Below, one piece after another: positions 18,897-29,168 of a stretch of DNA of 64,000 nt; the first letter of the stretch is position 1; each line of letters begins with the position of its first letter. A program made the translations under genes and the position numbers. Origin of the DNA: Alphaproteobacteria bacterium (GTDB lineage Bacteria; Pseudomonadota; Alphaproteobacteria; SHVV01); contig OZ253470.1 in NCBI GenBank assembly GCA_965261735.1, positions 2,688,001 through 2,752,000 on the forward strand. Direction: 5' to 3'. Below the pieces are notes generated by a model. The model saw only the letters and a program-made list of their open reading frames with translations. It did no database searches and was not told where the DNA came from.

Positions 18897-19748
18897 ATGA
18901 GGTTCGGTCTTTGGAAGGGCGTACTCGGAATTCTGGTCGCGGCACCGGCGCTCGCATGGGGTGCGCCGGCGCAGGCCCAACAGGCGCCGCAGCGGGCGCT
19001 CGTCAACGTCGCCGGCGATCTCTACCGCTGGCAGAACAACTTCCACTACGGGGTCGTGTACGACACGCCCGACGGACTGATCGTGGGGGACACGATCAAC
19101 GCCGACGCGTCGCGATGGCTCAAGGGCCAGCTCGCCGAGCGCTTTCCGGGCAAGCAGGTCAAGTACGTGATCTTCAGTCACGAGGACGGCGATCACGCCT
19201 CGGGCGGCGAGGTGTTCGCCGACACCGCCACTTTTGTCATGCACGAAAAGGCCGACAAGCTGCCCCTTCGGGTCGACGAATCGAAGATCCTGCGCGTCGG
19301 CGACCGCCACGACCTCGCCCTTGGCGGCAAGGTGGTCGAGCTCCACTATTTCGGCCGCAACCACTCCGACAGCCTCATCTTCCCGCTGTTCCGCGACGAG
19401 AAAGTGCTTTTCGTTGTCGACCTGGTGACACCTGGCAGCGTCGGCTTCCGCGATTTCCCGAACGCCGACATCGACAACTGGATCGAGAGCCTCAAGAAGG
19501 TCGAGGCGCTCGACTTCAACATCCTCGTACCCGGCCACGGCAGGATCGCCGACAAGGGCGCGGCGGCGGCCTATCGCGAGTACAAGACCGCGCTGCGGGC
19601 CGCGGTCAAGGCGTAGATTGACGCCGGCAAGTCGCTCGATGAGATCAAGGACATCGTCAAGATGGAGGACTACAAGAGCTGGGGCGGCTACGAGCGCATG
19701 TTCGCCCTCAACGTCGAGGGCATGTACCGACATCTCATGGGCCAGTAG
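18897..19748 (+). pseudogene. Secreted MBL-fold metallo-hydrolase interrupted by an in-frame TAG at 19614-19616
   Basis: Signal peptide, SHEDGDH, GRNHSD, VPGHG. The frame continues after TAG as IDAGKSLDEIKDIVKMEDYKSWGGYERMFALNVEGMYRHLMGQ*. Confidence 0.75.
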
Positions 19749-19779
19749 CTCCGATCGCGCCCGCGCAATGGGTTCGCCC

Positions 19780-20895
19780 TTCTCGGAGATATTCGATCTC
19801 AACGGCCTCACCGTCTACTCGTCGGAGCCAGCCCAGATCGGGGCCGACAAGAGCGATAGACCAGGCGTCCTCTCCGCCACCCGGGAACGGAGGCCGGCGA
19901 GCAAACTTACGCACAAGGGCTCCTTCAGCGCGTTCGCCAAGGTCGTATTCGACCGCGACCTTGTCGAGAGTTATGTCCCCATCGCGGGCGAAGACGGCTC
20001 CGTCCAAGGGTGTTCGAGCTCTATGCGGACGTGTCCCCCGTGATCGCTAGGATCAAAACGACGACCATCGAGCTACTGATGGTTCTCGCCGCGATGTTCG
20101 GGCTTCTTTACGGCGTGCTGTTTCTGATCGTCCGTCATGCCGACCGCATCCTCAGGCGCTCGCATGAGGACCTGCGCGCCGCCAAGGCGAGTGAAGAGGC
20201 CAAGGTGATTGCCCGCACGAGCGAGCTACAGTGGTCCAATCAGGCTCTCGCGCTCGCCAAGGAGGCGGCCGACGCCGCCAATCACGAGAAATCCCAGTTC
20301 CTCGCCAACATGAGCCACGAGCTGCGGACGCCGCTCAATGCCACCCTCGGCTTCTCATCCTCGACCTCTCGAGGATCGAACTCGGGCAGCTGGAGATTCA
20401 TGACGAGCAGGTCGACCGGGCGGAATGCGTGGACGAGTGTGTGCGCGTGCTCGACGGCAAAACCGGTCACGCTGGGCTCGAGATCGAGACGGCCGGTTGT
20501 CGCGACCTGCCGGTCATCAGAGCCGCCAACCGCAAGGTCAGGCAGGTCCTCTTCAATGTGCTCGCCAATGCGATCAAGTTCAGCCCTCGCGGCGGCATCA
20601 TTTCGATCCGAGGGGACCGTGCCGGCGCGGGGGGCGCCGCTCTCAGGGTTTCGGATAGGGCATCGGCATGTCGGCCGAGGACATCGATACGGCCTTTTCG
20701 CTATTTGGCCCGGTTGCCTCGGGTATGGACCGCGACTATCAGGGGGCGGGGCTGGGGCTTGCGCTGTGCAAGTCGATCATGGAAGGCCACGGGGGGACGC
20801 TCGACATCGAGAGCGAGCTCGGCGTCGGCACGATCGTGACGCTGAATTTCCCTCATGAGCGCGGCTACGGGCCGCGGCACGGCTTGGGTACATGA
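19780..20895 (+). pseudogene. Degenerate membrane sensor histidine kinase
   Basis: [16 protein letters not shown]-box, [11 protein letters not shown]-box and [19 protein letters not shown]2-box fall in separate ORF fragments; internal deletion after GFS. Confidence 0.85.
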
Positions 20896-21338
20896 AGGCG
20901 TTGGTGCAACGGGTGAGCGAGGCGCGCGTGCGCGTCGAAGGCGAAGTCTTCGCCGACATCGGCGCGGGACTCCTCGTGCTGCTGGGTGTCGAGGCCGGCG
21001 ATGGCGAGGCCGAGGCCGAGCACCTATCGGGCAAGATCGCGCGGCTGCGCATCTTCGCCGACGAGTCCGCTAAGATGAACCGCTCGCTGCTCGATACGGG
21101 CGGCAGCGCCCTCGTGGTGAGTCAATTCACATTGTGCGCCGACCTGAGCCGCGGCAACCGCCCTGGCTTTTCGCGGGCCGCCGCACCGGAGGTCGCCGAG
21201 GCCCTGTACGCCCACTTCTGCGCCGCGCTTGCCGGGCACGGCGTGCCGGTGGAGCACGGCCGCTTCGCCGCCCACATGGAGGTCGGCCTCGTCAACGACG
21301 GGCCGGTGACGATCTGGCTCGATACCGGCGCGGGTTGA
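20892..21338 (+). CDS. dtd: D-aminoacyl-tRNA deacylase
   Basis: [18 protein letters not shown]...KMN.S, VSQFTL, NDGPVT. Confidence 0.96.
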   Translation: MKALVQRVSEARVRVEGEVFADIGAGLLVLLGVEAGDGEAEAEHLSGKIARLRIFADESAKMNRSLLDTGGSALVVSQFTLCADLSRGNRPGFSRAAAPEVAEALYAHFCAALAGHGVPVEHGRFAAHMEVGLVNDGPVTIWLDTGAG

Positions 21339-21362
21339 GCGGGGTTAATCACGGCACCGCCT

Positions 21363-22277
21363 CTAGCGCGTTTTCGCTTCGATCCAGGTGCCGATCAGGG
21401 CGGCGATCTCGTCGCTATTCTCCTCCAGCATGAGCATGTGACCGTTGCCCTCGATGCCGAGATCGGAGAGGAACCAGTTGTCGACGGCAGCGCCGGCTTG
21501 CGTGAGCCAATCGGCGATCGCGGCGTCGGCCTCACGGGGGTGGTCGCGGTCTTGCTGTCCCGTCGCGATGAGAACTGGTTTGTCCCGGTAGGCCGTCACG
21601 TTGGCGACGACGTACTGGCTCCCCTCGATGTTCATGCGCTCGTGCATGAGGCGCGGCGCGAGCGGTTGCAGCGTGGCCGCGTAGCCGTCGACAAAGGCTC
21701 GCGGGAACCGGGTCGTCGTGCCCGCCAGCTTATGCCGCACGAAATCCTCGTCCACGGCCCACGGCTCATGCACCGGGATACGATGCCTGATCCCGCCGCG
21801 CTCGATCTCGATGTGGGAGTCCTGGCTATCCACGACCTCGGCGCGCGGCTGGATATTCCCGGGCGGCCCAGGCGCGACGGCGACCAGCGCAGCGATTCGA
21901 TCCGCGTGCGTTTCCAGGAGCCGCCAGCCGTAGGGCCCGGACATGGAGTGCGTCAGGAGGACGACGGGCACGCCAAGATGATCGAGAAGGCCGGCGAGCC
22001 CACTGCAAACCACCTCGCCGGTTAGCGCGTCGGGCGCGACGGCGCCGCTGCGGCCCGTGCCAGGCCAATCGGGAACCGCGACGGGATGGCCGTGCCGGGC
22101 GAAAAAGGGGGCCCAACCCGGACGGCCATCCACGGTGTGCAGGTAGCAGGTGCCGGTGTGCGCACCGCCATGCACGAGCACGAGGCACGGCTTGCCGGTC
22201 GGCCGGCGCGGCCTGAGAAGATCGAAGTACACCGCAGGCCGGGTGCACGTGAGACCCGACTCGCGGCAAATGTCCAT
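21363..22277 (-). CDS. Alpha/beta fold hydrolase
   Basis: LVHGGAHTG, T.DGRPGWA, DWPGTGRS, THSMSG nucleophile, GIEGNGHMLMLE. Confidence 0.85.
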   Translation of the reverse strand: MDICRESGLTCTRPAVYFDLLRPRRPTGKPCLVLVHGGAHTGTCYLHTVDGRPGWAPFFARHGHPVAVPDWPGTGRSGAVAPDALTGEVVCSGLAGLLDHLGVPVVLLTHSMSGPYGWRLLETHADRIAALVAVAPGPPGNIQPRAEVVDSQDSHIEIERGGIRHRIPVHEPWAVDEDFVRHKLAGTTTRFPRAFVDGYAATLQPLAPRLMHERMNIEGSQYVVANVTAYRDKPVLIATGQQDRDHPREADAAIADWLTQAGAAVDNWFLSDLGIEGNGHMLMLEENSDEIAALIGTWIEAKTR

Positions 22278-22296
22278 CTGCGGAGGGCGAAGCCCC

Positions 22297-22965
22297 TTAA
22301 TCGACGGACGCCGCGAGGATCAGGCTGAGATGGGCCAGCGGGCGCCCGCTCTCGGCGGCCCATTTGTTGAACGCCGCCTGCACTGCCTGGCGCGCCTTCT
22401 TGCCCTTGGGCTCGCCCTCGTAGCCGCCCCAGGCGTTGAGCGCCTTGATGACGTCGGGCGAGAGCAGGAAGGTGTCCTTGCCGGTCATGCGCAGGAAGTA
22501 GGGCCCGGAGTAGCCGCCGAGCTGGGTGAAGCGCTTGGGTAGGTCGTCCCACAGGCCGACGATGTCGTCGGCGGGCCAGCCCGCGAGCCAGGCGCCGAAA
22601 CTCCTGTGCTCGGCGGCGAGTTCGCACATCGCGGCCGCGTTGGCCCGCGTCGCCCTGATCTTGCCCCAATGGCGGATGATGCGTGCATCCTTCATCAGCG
22701 CCTCGAGCCGCTCGTCGTTCATGGCGTGCACGCGCTTGGGGTCGAACCCGAAAAACACCTCCTCGAAGTTGGGCCATTTGGCGCGCACCATGCTGTGCTT
22801 GAGGCCGGCCGAGAAGACGCGCAACGACATCAGCGACAGGTAGCGGTCGTCGCGCTCGGCTTTTAGCTCGGCCGCAGACTTCACCTTGGGCAGCCGCTCC
22901 TTAAGCGCCGCCTCGCCGCCGCAGCGCTTCGCCGCCGTCTTGAATATCGTTTCGAATGAACGCAT
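22297..22965 (-). CDS. DNA-3-methyladenine glycosylase I (Tag-like) family protein
   Basis: VFSAGL....V.AKWP.FEEVFFGFDP, IIRHWGKIRATRANA. Confidence 0.82.
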   Translation of the reverse strand: MRSFETIFKTAAKRCGGEAALKERLPKVKSAAELKAERDDRYLSLMSLRVFSAGLKHSMVRAKWPNFEEVFFGFDPKRVHAMNDERLEALMKDARIIRHWGKIRATRANAAAMCELAAEHRSFGAWLAGWPADDIVGLWDDLPKRFTQLGGYSGPYFLRMTGKDTFLLSPDVIKALNAWGGYEGEPKGKKARQAVQAAFNKWAAESGRPLAHLSLILAASVD

Positions 22966-23048
22966 GGCTCCCTCGCGATTGGATGCGCTAGAGGTTAGCG
23001 GCTCGATGGGACGTTGCAAGGGCTTGCCTTGCCGATACCATGGTCGCG

Positions 23049-24089
23049 ATGAAGTTCTGCCTCCAGTTTCCCCCCGACCGGCCGATCCCGGAGTTCGCGA
23101 AGCTGTGGCGCGCCGCGGACGCGGCCGGCATCGATACCCTCACCGTCAGCGATTCGCCGCTCCGCGTACACGAGATGTACATCCTCGCCACCCTGTGCGC
23201 GCGGGAGGCCGCGCAGGCCCGAATCCTCACCTGCGTCACCAACCCCGTGACCCGGCACCCCTCGGTGGCTGCCTCGGCACTCCTGTCGCTCAACGAACTC
23301 GCGCCCGGCCGCATCGCCTTCGGCATCGCCACGGGCGACAGCGCCCTATGGGGCGTCGGCCTCAAGTCCGCAACCGTCGCGCGCCTCCGGGAATACATCC
23401 TGGCCGTGAAGGCGCTGTTGCGGGGCGAGAGCGCAACCTGGCAGGGCACCACGTTTGCGGGCGCGTGGAGCGATTGGCAGCCGATCAACATTCCCGTTTA
23501 CGTCGCCTGCTCGGGCCCCAAGACACTGCGCATGGCAGCGCAGGTGGCCGATGGCCTGATTCTCGCCATGGGGTTCGCGCCCGAGGACATCGACCACATC
23601 CGTGGCATTATCGACGACGCCTGCGCCGAGATCGGGCGCGATCCGAACAGCCTCGATCTGTGGTGGAACGCCGATGTCACGTTTGCCCCGAGCATCGCCG
23701 AAGCGAGCGAAGCGAGCCTCGGTTGGGGCGTCTCGTGGCTCACCATGGGGAGCCTCGAAGGAAAGCGCATCCCCGAGCGCTACAAGGCGGCGCTCCTCGA
23801 GCTGAACGCCGACACCCACAATCTCACCGCCGTCTACCGCACGCCCGGGCGCGGGCGGCTCATGGTCGAGCGGGCCAAGAGGGCGGGTCTCTACGATTGG
23901 CTGGTGTCGCGCTCACCCCGGCTTTGGGGCACGCCCGAGGACGTGAGCCGGCGCCTCGCAGAGCTGGCGGACATGGGCCTCGCCAACTGGATCTTCTTCA
24001 CCGGGCGGACCGAGGATAAGTTCGGGCTCATCGACAAGCTCACGCACGAGGTGATGCCGGCGCTGCGCGACGCACGCCTCTCCTCCTAG
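23049..24089 (+). CDS. LLM-class (luciferase-like) flavin-dependent oxidoreductase
   Basis: VSDS, VTNPVTRHP, GRIAFGIATGDSA, PVYVACSGPKTLRMAAQVADG. Confidence 0.9.
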   Translation: MKFCLQFPPDRPIPEFAKLWRAADAAGIDTLTVSDSPLRVHEMYILATLCAREAAQARILTCVTNPVTRHPSVAASALLSLNELAPGRIAFGIATGDSALWGVGLKSATVARLREYILAVKALLRGESATWQGTTFAGAWSDWQPINIPVYVACSGPKTLRMAAQVADGLILAMGFAPEDIDHIRGIIDDACAEIGRDPNSLDLWWNADVTFAPSIAEASEASLGWGVSWLTMGSLEGKRIPERYKAALLELNADTHNLTAVYRTPGRGRLMVERAKRAGLYDWLVSRSPRLWGTPEDVSRRLAELADMGLANWIFFTGRTEDKFGLIDKLTHEVMPALRDARLSS

Positions 24090-24102
24090 CTCGATCCGGC
24101 GG

Positions 24103-24132
24103 TTGGAAGCGGCGCCGCCCGCCCGTTATAAT
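24103..24132 (+). promoter_or_regulatory. Putative sigma70 promoter of the Rieske gene
   Basis: TTGGAA-N18-TATAAT about 30 nt upstream of ATG 24163. Confidence 0.45.
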
Positions 24133-24162
24133 CGCGCCTACGACCACGGGAGGGGCAGGACC

Positions 24163-25359
24163 ATGGCGCTCGCGGAAGCATTCCCACCCGGCAACGGAAG
24201 CACCTCCCTCGGCGAAGGGCTCGAGGCGACGCGGCGGCCGCTCGACGAGGCGCGCCACCTGCCGGCCTACATCTACACCTCGCCCGAGCTGTTCGAGATG
24301 GAGAAGCAGAAGATCTTCATGAAGGACTGGCTCGCCGTGGCCCGCGCCGAGGAGGTCGAGAAGCCCGGCGACTACATGACCTTCAACATCATGGGCGAGC
24401 CTATCGTCGTTGCGCGGAACCACGACGGCGAGCTCAACGCCTTCTACAACGTGTGCGCCCACCGCGGCGTCGAGGTCGCCGCCGGCGAGGGCAACCTCAA
24501 GCACTTCCAGTGCCCCTACCACGCCTGGACCTACGACTTATCGGGCAAGCTCCTGGGCGCGGCCTATATGGACGACGTCAAGGGCTTCGACGCGGGCGAC
24601 TGCCGCCTGCGCCCGCTCCGGCTCGGCGTCTGGGAGGGCTGGGTGTTCGTGAACTTCGATGAGCACGCGGCACCGCTCGCCGATTTCATCGCCGAGTTCG
24701 CGGAGGAGTTCGGCGTCTTCCAGCAGGGCCGCTGCCGGCTCCTGCGCAAGCTCGAATCGACGCTCGAGTGCAACTGGAAGCTCGTCAACGAGAACTTCGT
24801 CGACGTCTATCACCTCATCACCCTGCACGGCGACACGCTCACCGATTGGCCGCGGCCCGAGAACTACGACTACCGCCGTATGAAGAACGGCGGCTACCGC
24901 GCGTTCTACCAGAACCGCATGGAGACGCTCGATCCGATCCAAGAGCTCGGAAACATGCCCTGGCTGGAGGAGTGGCTCAAGGACAAGGACGCGGAACTTT
25001 TCGCCGGCGCGGGCTTCCTCGGCCCCAACGTCACCACCTTCGTACGCGCCTTCAACATCGCCCAGATCATCGTCTGGCCGATCTCCCCGGAGCGCACCAA
25101 GATCGTCCAATACACGACCTTTCAGGCCGCGCACCTCGACTTTCCCGACATCGAGGCGCGCACTGAACGGCTGCACGACGTGATGATCGAGGTCCTGGAG
25201 GAGGACCGGCCCATGATCGAATCGCTGCAGCGCGTGGGCCGCACGCGAGCGTTCGCGCCCGGCCGGATGTCGACGAGCGAGTTCCTCGTCCACAACTACA
25301 TCAGCGACTATTTAGGGCGCATGTTCGGCGGGCCAGCGCCGGCGCAGCCCACCCGTTAG
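24163..25359 (+). CDS. Rieske oxygenase alpha subunit (choline monooxygenase-like)
   Basis: CAHRG...CPYHAW; NWKLVNENFVDVYHLITLH; EED...ESLQR. Confidence 0.92.
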   Translation: MALAEAFPPGNGSTSLGEGLEATRRPLDEARHLPAYIYTSPELFEMEKQKIFMKDWLAVARAEEVEKPGDYMTFNIMGEPIVVARNHDGELNAFYNVCAHRGVEVAAGEGNLKHFQCPYHAWTYDLSGKLLGAAYMDDVKGFDAGDCRLRPLRLGVWEGWVFVNFDEHAAPLADFIAEFAEEFGVFQQGRCRLLRKLESTLECNWKLVNENFVDVYHLITLHGDTLTDWPRPENYDYRRMKNGGYRAFYQNRMETLDPIQELGNMPWLEEWLKDKDAELFAGAGFLGPNVTTFVRAFNIAQIIVWPISPERTKIVQYTTFQAAHLDFPDIEARTERLHDVMIEVLEEDRPMIESLQRVGRTRAFAPGRMSTSEFLVHNYISDYLGRMFGGPAPAQPTR

Positions 25360-25374
25360 GGCCGGCTCGGTAGC

Positions 25375-26097
25375 TTAACCGCCTATCGCTTTGGCGGGCG
25401 TGCCCTTGGCGGTTCCCGCCTCCATCAGCGCGACGACCTCGTCCGCCGTGCGCACGTCGCCGAAGGCTTGAAACACCGACCACAGTCCGGCCAGGTGGTT
25501 CTCGTCGTTGAACGCGGCGTTGGCGTCCGAGACCATGATCACCTTGTAGTCGAGCATCATGGCGTCGCGCGCGGTCGATTCGCAGCAGCCGTTGGTCGCC
25601 GCGCCGACGATCAGCAGCGTGTCGACGCCGCGCGCCGTGAGGTGGTCCTCGATGTCGGAGGAGCCCCTGATAAAGGCGCTGAAGCGATTCTTCTTCACGA
25701 TACGCTCGCCGGACGCGATGTCGAGGCCCGGGTAGAGTGCGTGCAGGGGGCTGCCGTCGATGAGCGCCGCTTTGCACGCGTCACGCCGCTCCGGGCTCTC
25801 GAAATAGTCGAAGAAGAGGGTCCACTGGCCGGGCGCGTCGAGCGGCGGCTGCGTCGATTGCAGCCACACCACCTCGCCGCCAGCCTCCCGCATGGCCACA
25901 GCCAGCCGGTTGATCGTCGGCACGATGTCGCGCGCGGGCGGGCACTCGTAGGGCGCGCCCTCGGCAACGAAGGCGTTCTGCATGTCGACCACGATCAGCG
26001 CCGTGGTGCTCGGCTCGATGGACTCGAACACGTGCAACCGACCGCGCCGCGCGACCAGGCGATCGAGGTAGGCTTGGGGGAAGTTGACCTGGTGCAT
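25375..26097 (-). CDS. Isochorismatase-family cysteine hydrolase
   Basis: TALIVVDMQN, KNRFSAF, GAATNGCCESTARDA (D-K-C triad). Confidence 0.9.
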   Translation of the reverse strand: MHQVNFPQAYLDRLVARRGRLHVFESIEPSTTALIVVDMQNAFVAEGAPYECPPARDIVPTINRLAVAMREAGGEVVWLQSTQPPLDAPGQWTLFFDYFESPERRDACKAALIDGSPLHALYPGLDIASGERIVKKNRFSAFIRGSSDIEDHLTARGVDTLLIVGAATNGCCESTARDAMMLDYKVIMVSDANAAFNDENHLAGLWSVFQAFGDVRTADEVVALMEAGTAKGTPAKAIGG

Positions 26098-26274
26098 GGC
26101 ATCCTCGCGAATAGCCTCACGGCCAGTATGCCAGCGCCGGGCGTCTGCGCCAATGGCCGTAGGGACGGCGCGCCTCGCGGCCACATATCCCTTGCCAATC
26201 TGCGCCCCCAATCCCATCCTGCGCCCCTGCGAGGCCGCCCCTCGCGGCGCAGGCAATCGATTCGAGGCACCTCC

Positions 26275-27651
26275 ATGATTCAGAAAGACTTTGCCGAGTA
26301 CGCGGCTTCGCTCCACGAAGCGGCGCTGCCGCCGGAGATCGTGCATGGTGCCAAGCGGGTGGTGATCGACTGGTTCGCCGCCACCGTGCCGGGCGGCGCC
26401 GTGGCGCCGGCAACGCTGCTCATCAAGGCCCTCCAGAAAGAGGGCATCGGCCAGGGCAGCGCGGTGCTCGTGCCCTCGGGCAAGCGCGCGAGCCTGCGCA
26501 CGGCCGCACTGATCAACGGCACCGCGGCCCATACCGTCGAATTCGACGACATCTACCGCTTCGCCATCTATCACCCCGGGGTCGTGGTCATCCCGGCGGC
26601 GCTGGCGGCGGCGCAGACCGAGCACGCCTCGGGCGATCGCTTCCTGCGCGCCGTGATCGCCGGCTACGAGGTCTCAAACCGCATCGGCCGTACCGTCAAC
26701 CCGGCGCACTACAAGTATTGGCACACCACCGGCACCGTCGGCCATTTCGGTGCCGCCGTGGCGACCGCGGTGGTGCTCGGCCTCGATGCCGGCCAGATAG
26801 CGCATGCGTTGGCCACCGCCGGGACCATGGCGGCAGCGTTGCAGCAGGCATTTCGCGCCGATGCCATGACCAAGCCGATGCACGCCGGGCAGGCGGCCTC
26901 GAACGGCGCGCTGGCGGCGATGGCCGCGGGCGCCGGGGTGACGGGCGCGCCGTCCATGTTCGAGGGCGAAGTCGGCTTCGGCGCGGCCATGAGCGACAAT
27001 CCCGATTGGTCGGCGGCGCTCGCCGATCTCGGGAGCCACTGGACCATCCTCGACATGACGCAGAAGAACCATGCCTGCTGCGGCTTCATCCACGCCGCGA
27101 TCGATGCGCTCATGAACCTGCGCCTCGAACACGGCCTCGAGGCAGACAACGTCGCCCGCATTCGTGTCGGCACCTATGGCACCGCCCTCGAGGTGGCGGG
27201 AAACGAGAACCCGAAGACGCTGTATGAATGCAAGTTCAGCATCCCCTATTGCGCCGCCCTCGCACTGCTCACGGGGCGCGTCCGAATGGACGCCTTCGCC
27301 GACGAATGGCTCCACGATACGCGCGTGCGCGAGGTCATGGGCCGGGTCGAGATGTACGTCGATGCCGAAGCCGACGCCGCGTTCCCCGGTCAGCGCGGGG
27401 CCCTGGTCGAGATCGAAACCACCTCGGGCGAGCGCTACAGCGAACGGCGCCGCACCCGCAAGGGTGACTCCGACGATCCCCTGACCGAGGCCGAGCTCGC
27501 CGACAAGTACTGGGAGCTGGTGACGCCAGTGATCGGCGCCGAGGCCGGCGGGCTCCTGCTCGACGGCCTCAACGCGATCGAGACCCTGGACGATATGGCG
27601 GCGCTGCCGTTCCAGGGACCGCTCGCCGAATCGCGCTCACGCACCGGTTAG
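26275..27651 (+). CDS. MmgE/PrpD family protein
   Basis: AALINGTAAH.VEFDDI, HPG, WHTTGTVG, KPMHAG, K.HACC..IH, KFSIPY. Confidence 0.92.
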   Translation: MIQKDFAEYAASLHEAALPPEIVHGAKRVVIDWFAATVPGGAVAPATLLIKALQKEGIGQGSAVLVPSGKRASLRTAALINGTAAHTVEFDDIYRFAIYHPGVVVIPAALAAAQTEHASGDRFLRAVIAGYEVSNRIGRTVNPAHYKYWHTTGTVGHFGAAVATAVVLGLDAGQIAHALATAGTMAAALQQAFRADAMTKPMHAGQAASNGALAAMAAGAGVTGAPSMFEGEVGFGAAMSDNPDWSAALADLGSHWTILDMTQKNHACCGFIHAAIDALMNLRLEHGLEADNVARIRVGTYGTALEVAGNENPKTLYECKFSIPYCAALALLTGRVRMDAFADEWLHDTRVREVMGRVEMYVDAEADAAFPGQRGALVEIETTSGERYSERRRTRKGDSDDPLTEAELADKYWELVTPVIGAEAGGLLLDGLNAIETLDDMAALPFQGPLAESRSRTG

Positions 27652-27700
27652 CGCGCCAGACCGCAACCTCGCCGTTAGCCGCGACCTCTCACCGGCGACC

Positions 27701-28078
27701 TCAGCCGCGGGGCGCCGGGGTCATGAGGCCGACCATGCCGCCGTCGGGGTCGCTGATGATGGCGATTCGGCCGACGCCCGGAATGTCGAAGGGCTCGCGC
27801 ACCACGCTGCCGCCGAGGTCGCTCGTTTTCTTGGCCGTGGCATCGACGTCGTCGACGCCGATATAAGCCATCCAGGCCTGGGGTGTCGGACCCATCTCGG
27901 GCGTGATCTGGAACATGCCGCCGCGGTCCTCGCCGCCAGCCTTCACCAGCGTATAGAAGCCGGACGACATCGGCATGTCCGCCGTTTCCCAGCCGAGCAG
28001 GCCGGAATAGAAGGCCTTGCTCTTGTCCATGTCCTTGGCCATCAGCTCGTTCCAAATGAAAGTACCCTGTACGCTCAT
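27701..28078 (-). CDS. VOC/glyoxalase family protein
   Basis: FIWNELM..D....AFYSGLLGW, WMAYIGVDDVD, PFDIPGVGRIAII.DP.G. Confidence 0.9.
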   Translation of the reverse strand: MSVQGTFIWNELMAKDMDKSKAFYSGLLGWETADMPMSSGFYTLVKAGGEDRGGMFQITPEMGPTPQAWMAYIGVDDVDATAKKTSDLGGSVVREPFDIPGVGRIAIISDPDGGMVGLMTPAPRG

Positions 28079-28181
28079 GCCTTCCTCCCTTGATCCTTGT
28101 TGGTCGTGTTCTGGCCGTGAGTCTACACGCGGCGCGACGCGGGAGTGAACCCGTTCACGGCGTTTTGTAGCGCCGGAGCGC

Positions 28182-29060
28182 TTAGTCGAGACTCGCGATC
28201 CATTCGGCCAGCGCGGCGCCGATCGCGTCGGGCGAATCCTCCTGCACGAAGTGGAGGCCCGGCACCGTGACCTCGCGCTGGTTCGGCCAGGTGCGGCAGA
28301 ACTCGCGCGGGCGACCGACGAGGATGGCGCCGGGCTCGGCGTTGATAAACAGCTTGGGCACGGCGCTCGCCGCGAGCCACTCGGCGGAGCTCGCGACGAT
28401 GGCCACAACATCCGCCGGCTCGCCTTCGAGGGGCAGCTCGCGCGGCCAGGTGAGCGTCGGGCGACGGCTCTCGCCGGGCTCAACGTAAGGCGCGCGGTAG
28501 GCATCCATCTCGGCGTCGCCGAGGGTTCGCAAGATGGAGCCGGGTAGGACGCGCTCGACGAACAGGTTCTTTTCCAGAACCATGCCCTCTCCGGCTGGGG
28601 AGCGTAAGCCCTCGAACACCGGCCGGGCGGCCTGCGGCCAGTCGTCCCAGGTCGCGGGCTGCACGATCGCCTCCATGTAGGCGAGGCCGCGCACGCCCTC
28701 ACGGTGGCGGTTGGCCCAATCGAAGGCGAGCGCGGAGCCCCAATCGTGGCCGACGAAGACGACCCGGGTTGCGACGCCGAGGCCCTCGAGGAGCGCGTCG
28801 AGGTAGTCGCGGTGCTCGATGAAGCGGTATCGGCCGGGACCGCTATCGTCGAGTTTATCGGAATCACCCATGCCGATAAGGTCGGGCGCGATGCAGCGCC
28901 CGAGGCCCTCGCAGGCCGGGATGACGTTGCGCCACAGGTAGGACGACGTCGGGTTGCCGTGGAGAAAGACGATGGGGTCACCGGTGCCGGCCTCGACGTA
29001 GGCCATGGCACGACCCTTGATAATGGCTCGTTTCTTCGTGTAGCGGCCGGCATCGACCAT
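28182..29060 (-). CDS. dhaA: Haloalkane dehalogenase (HLD-II, LinB/DhaA-like)
   Basis: [36 protein letters not shown] nucleophile Asp, YMEAIV acid Glu, [19 protein letters not shown] base His. Confidence 0.92.
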   Translation of the reverse strand: MVDAGRYTKKRAIIKGRAMAYVEAGTGDPIVFLHGNPTSSYLWRNVIPACEGLGRCIAPDLIGMGDSDKLDDSGPGRYRFIEHRDYLDALLEGLGVATRVVFVGHDWGSALAFDWANRHREGVRGLAYMEAIVQPATWDDWPQAARPVFEGLRSPAGEGMVLEKNLFVERVLPGSILRTLGDAEMDAYRAPYVEPGESRRPTLTWPRELPLEGEPADVVAIVASSAEWLAASAVPKLFINAEPGAILVGRPREFCRTWPNQREVTVPGLHFVQEDSPDAIGAALAEWIASLD

Positions 29061-29168
29061 GGGCGCACCTCCAACGGCTGCGGTTGCCTGCTCGTGGCGG
29101 GGCGCGTAGTTTAGGCCAGATGCGCCCTCTCACAAGTCATACGGAGCGGTATTTCCGAGGCGCCGCCG

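Noticed and set aside
19614-19616. Genome-wide TAG recoding
   Set aside because: Conserved genes such as infA and hisG end at TAG at the expected length.
26218-26253. GC hairpin between the divergent isochorismatase and prpD-like genes
   Set aside because: Short GC-rich stems are expected by chance at this composition; no U-tract or second copy.
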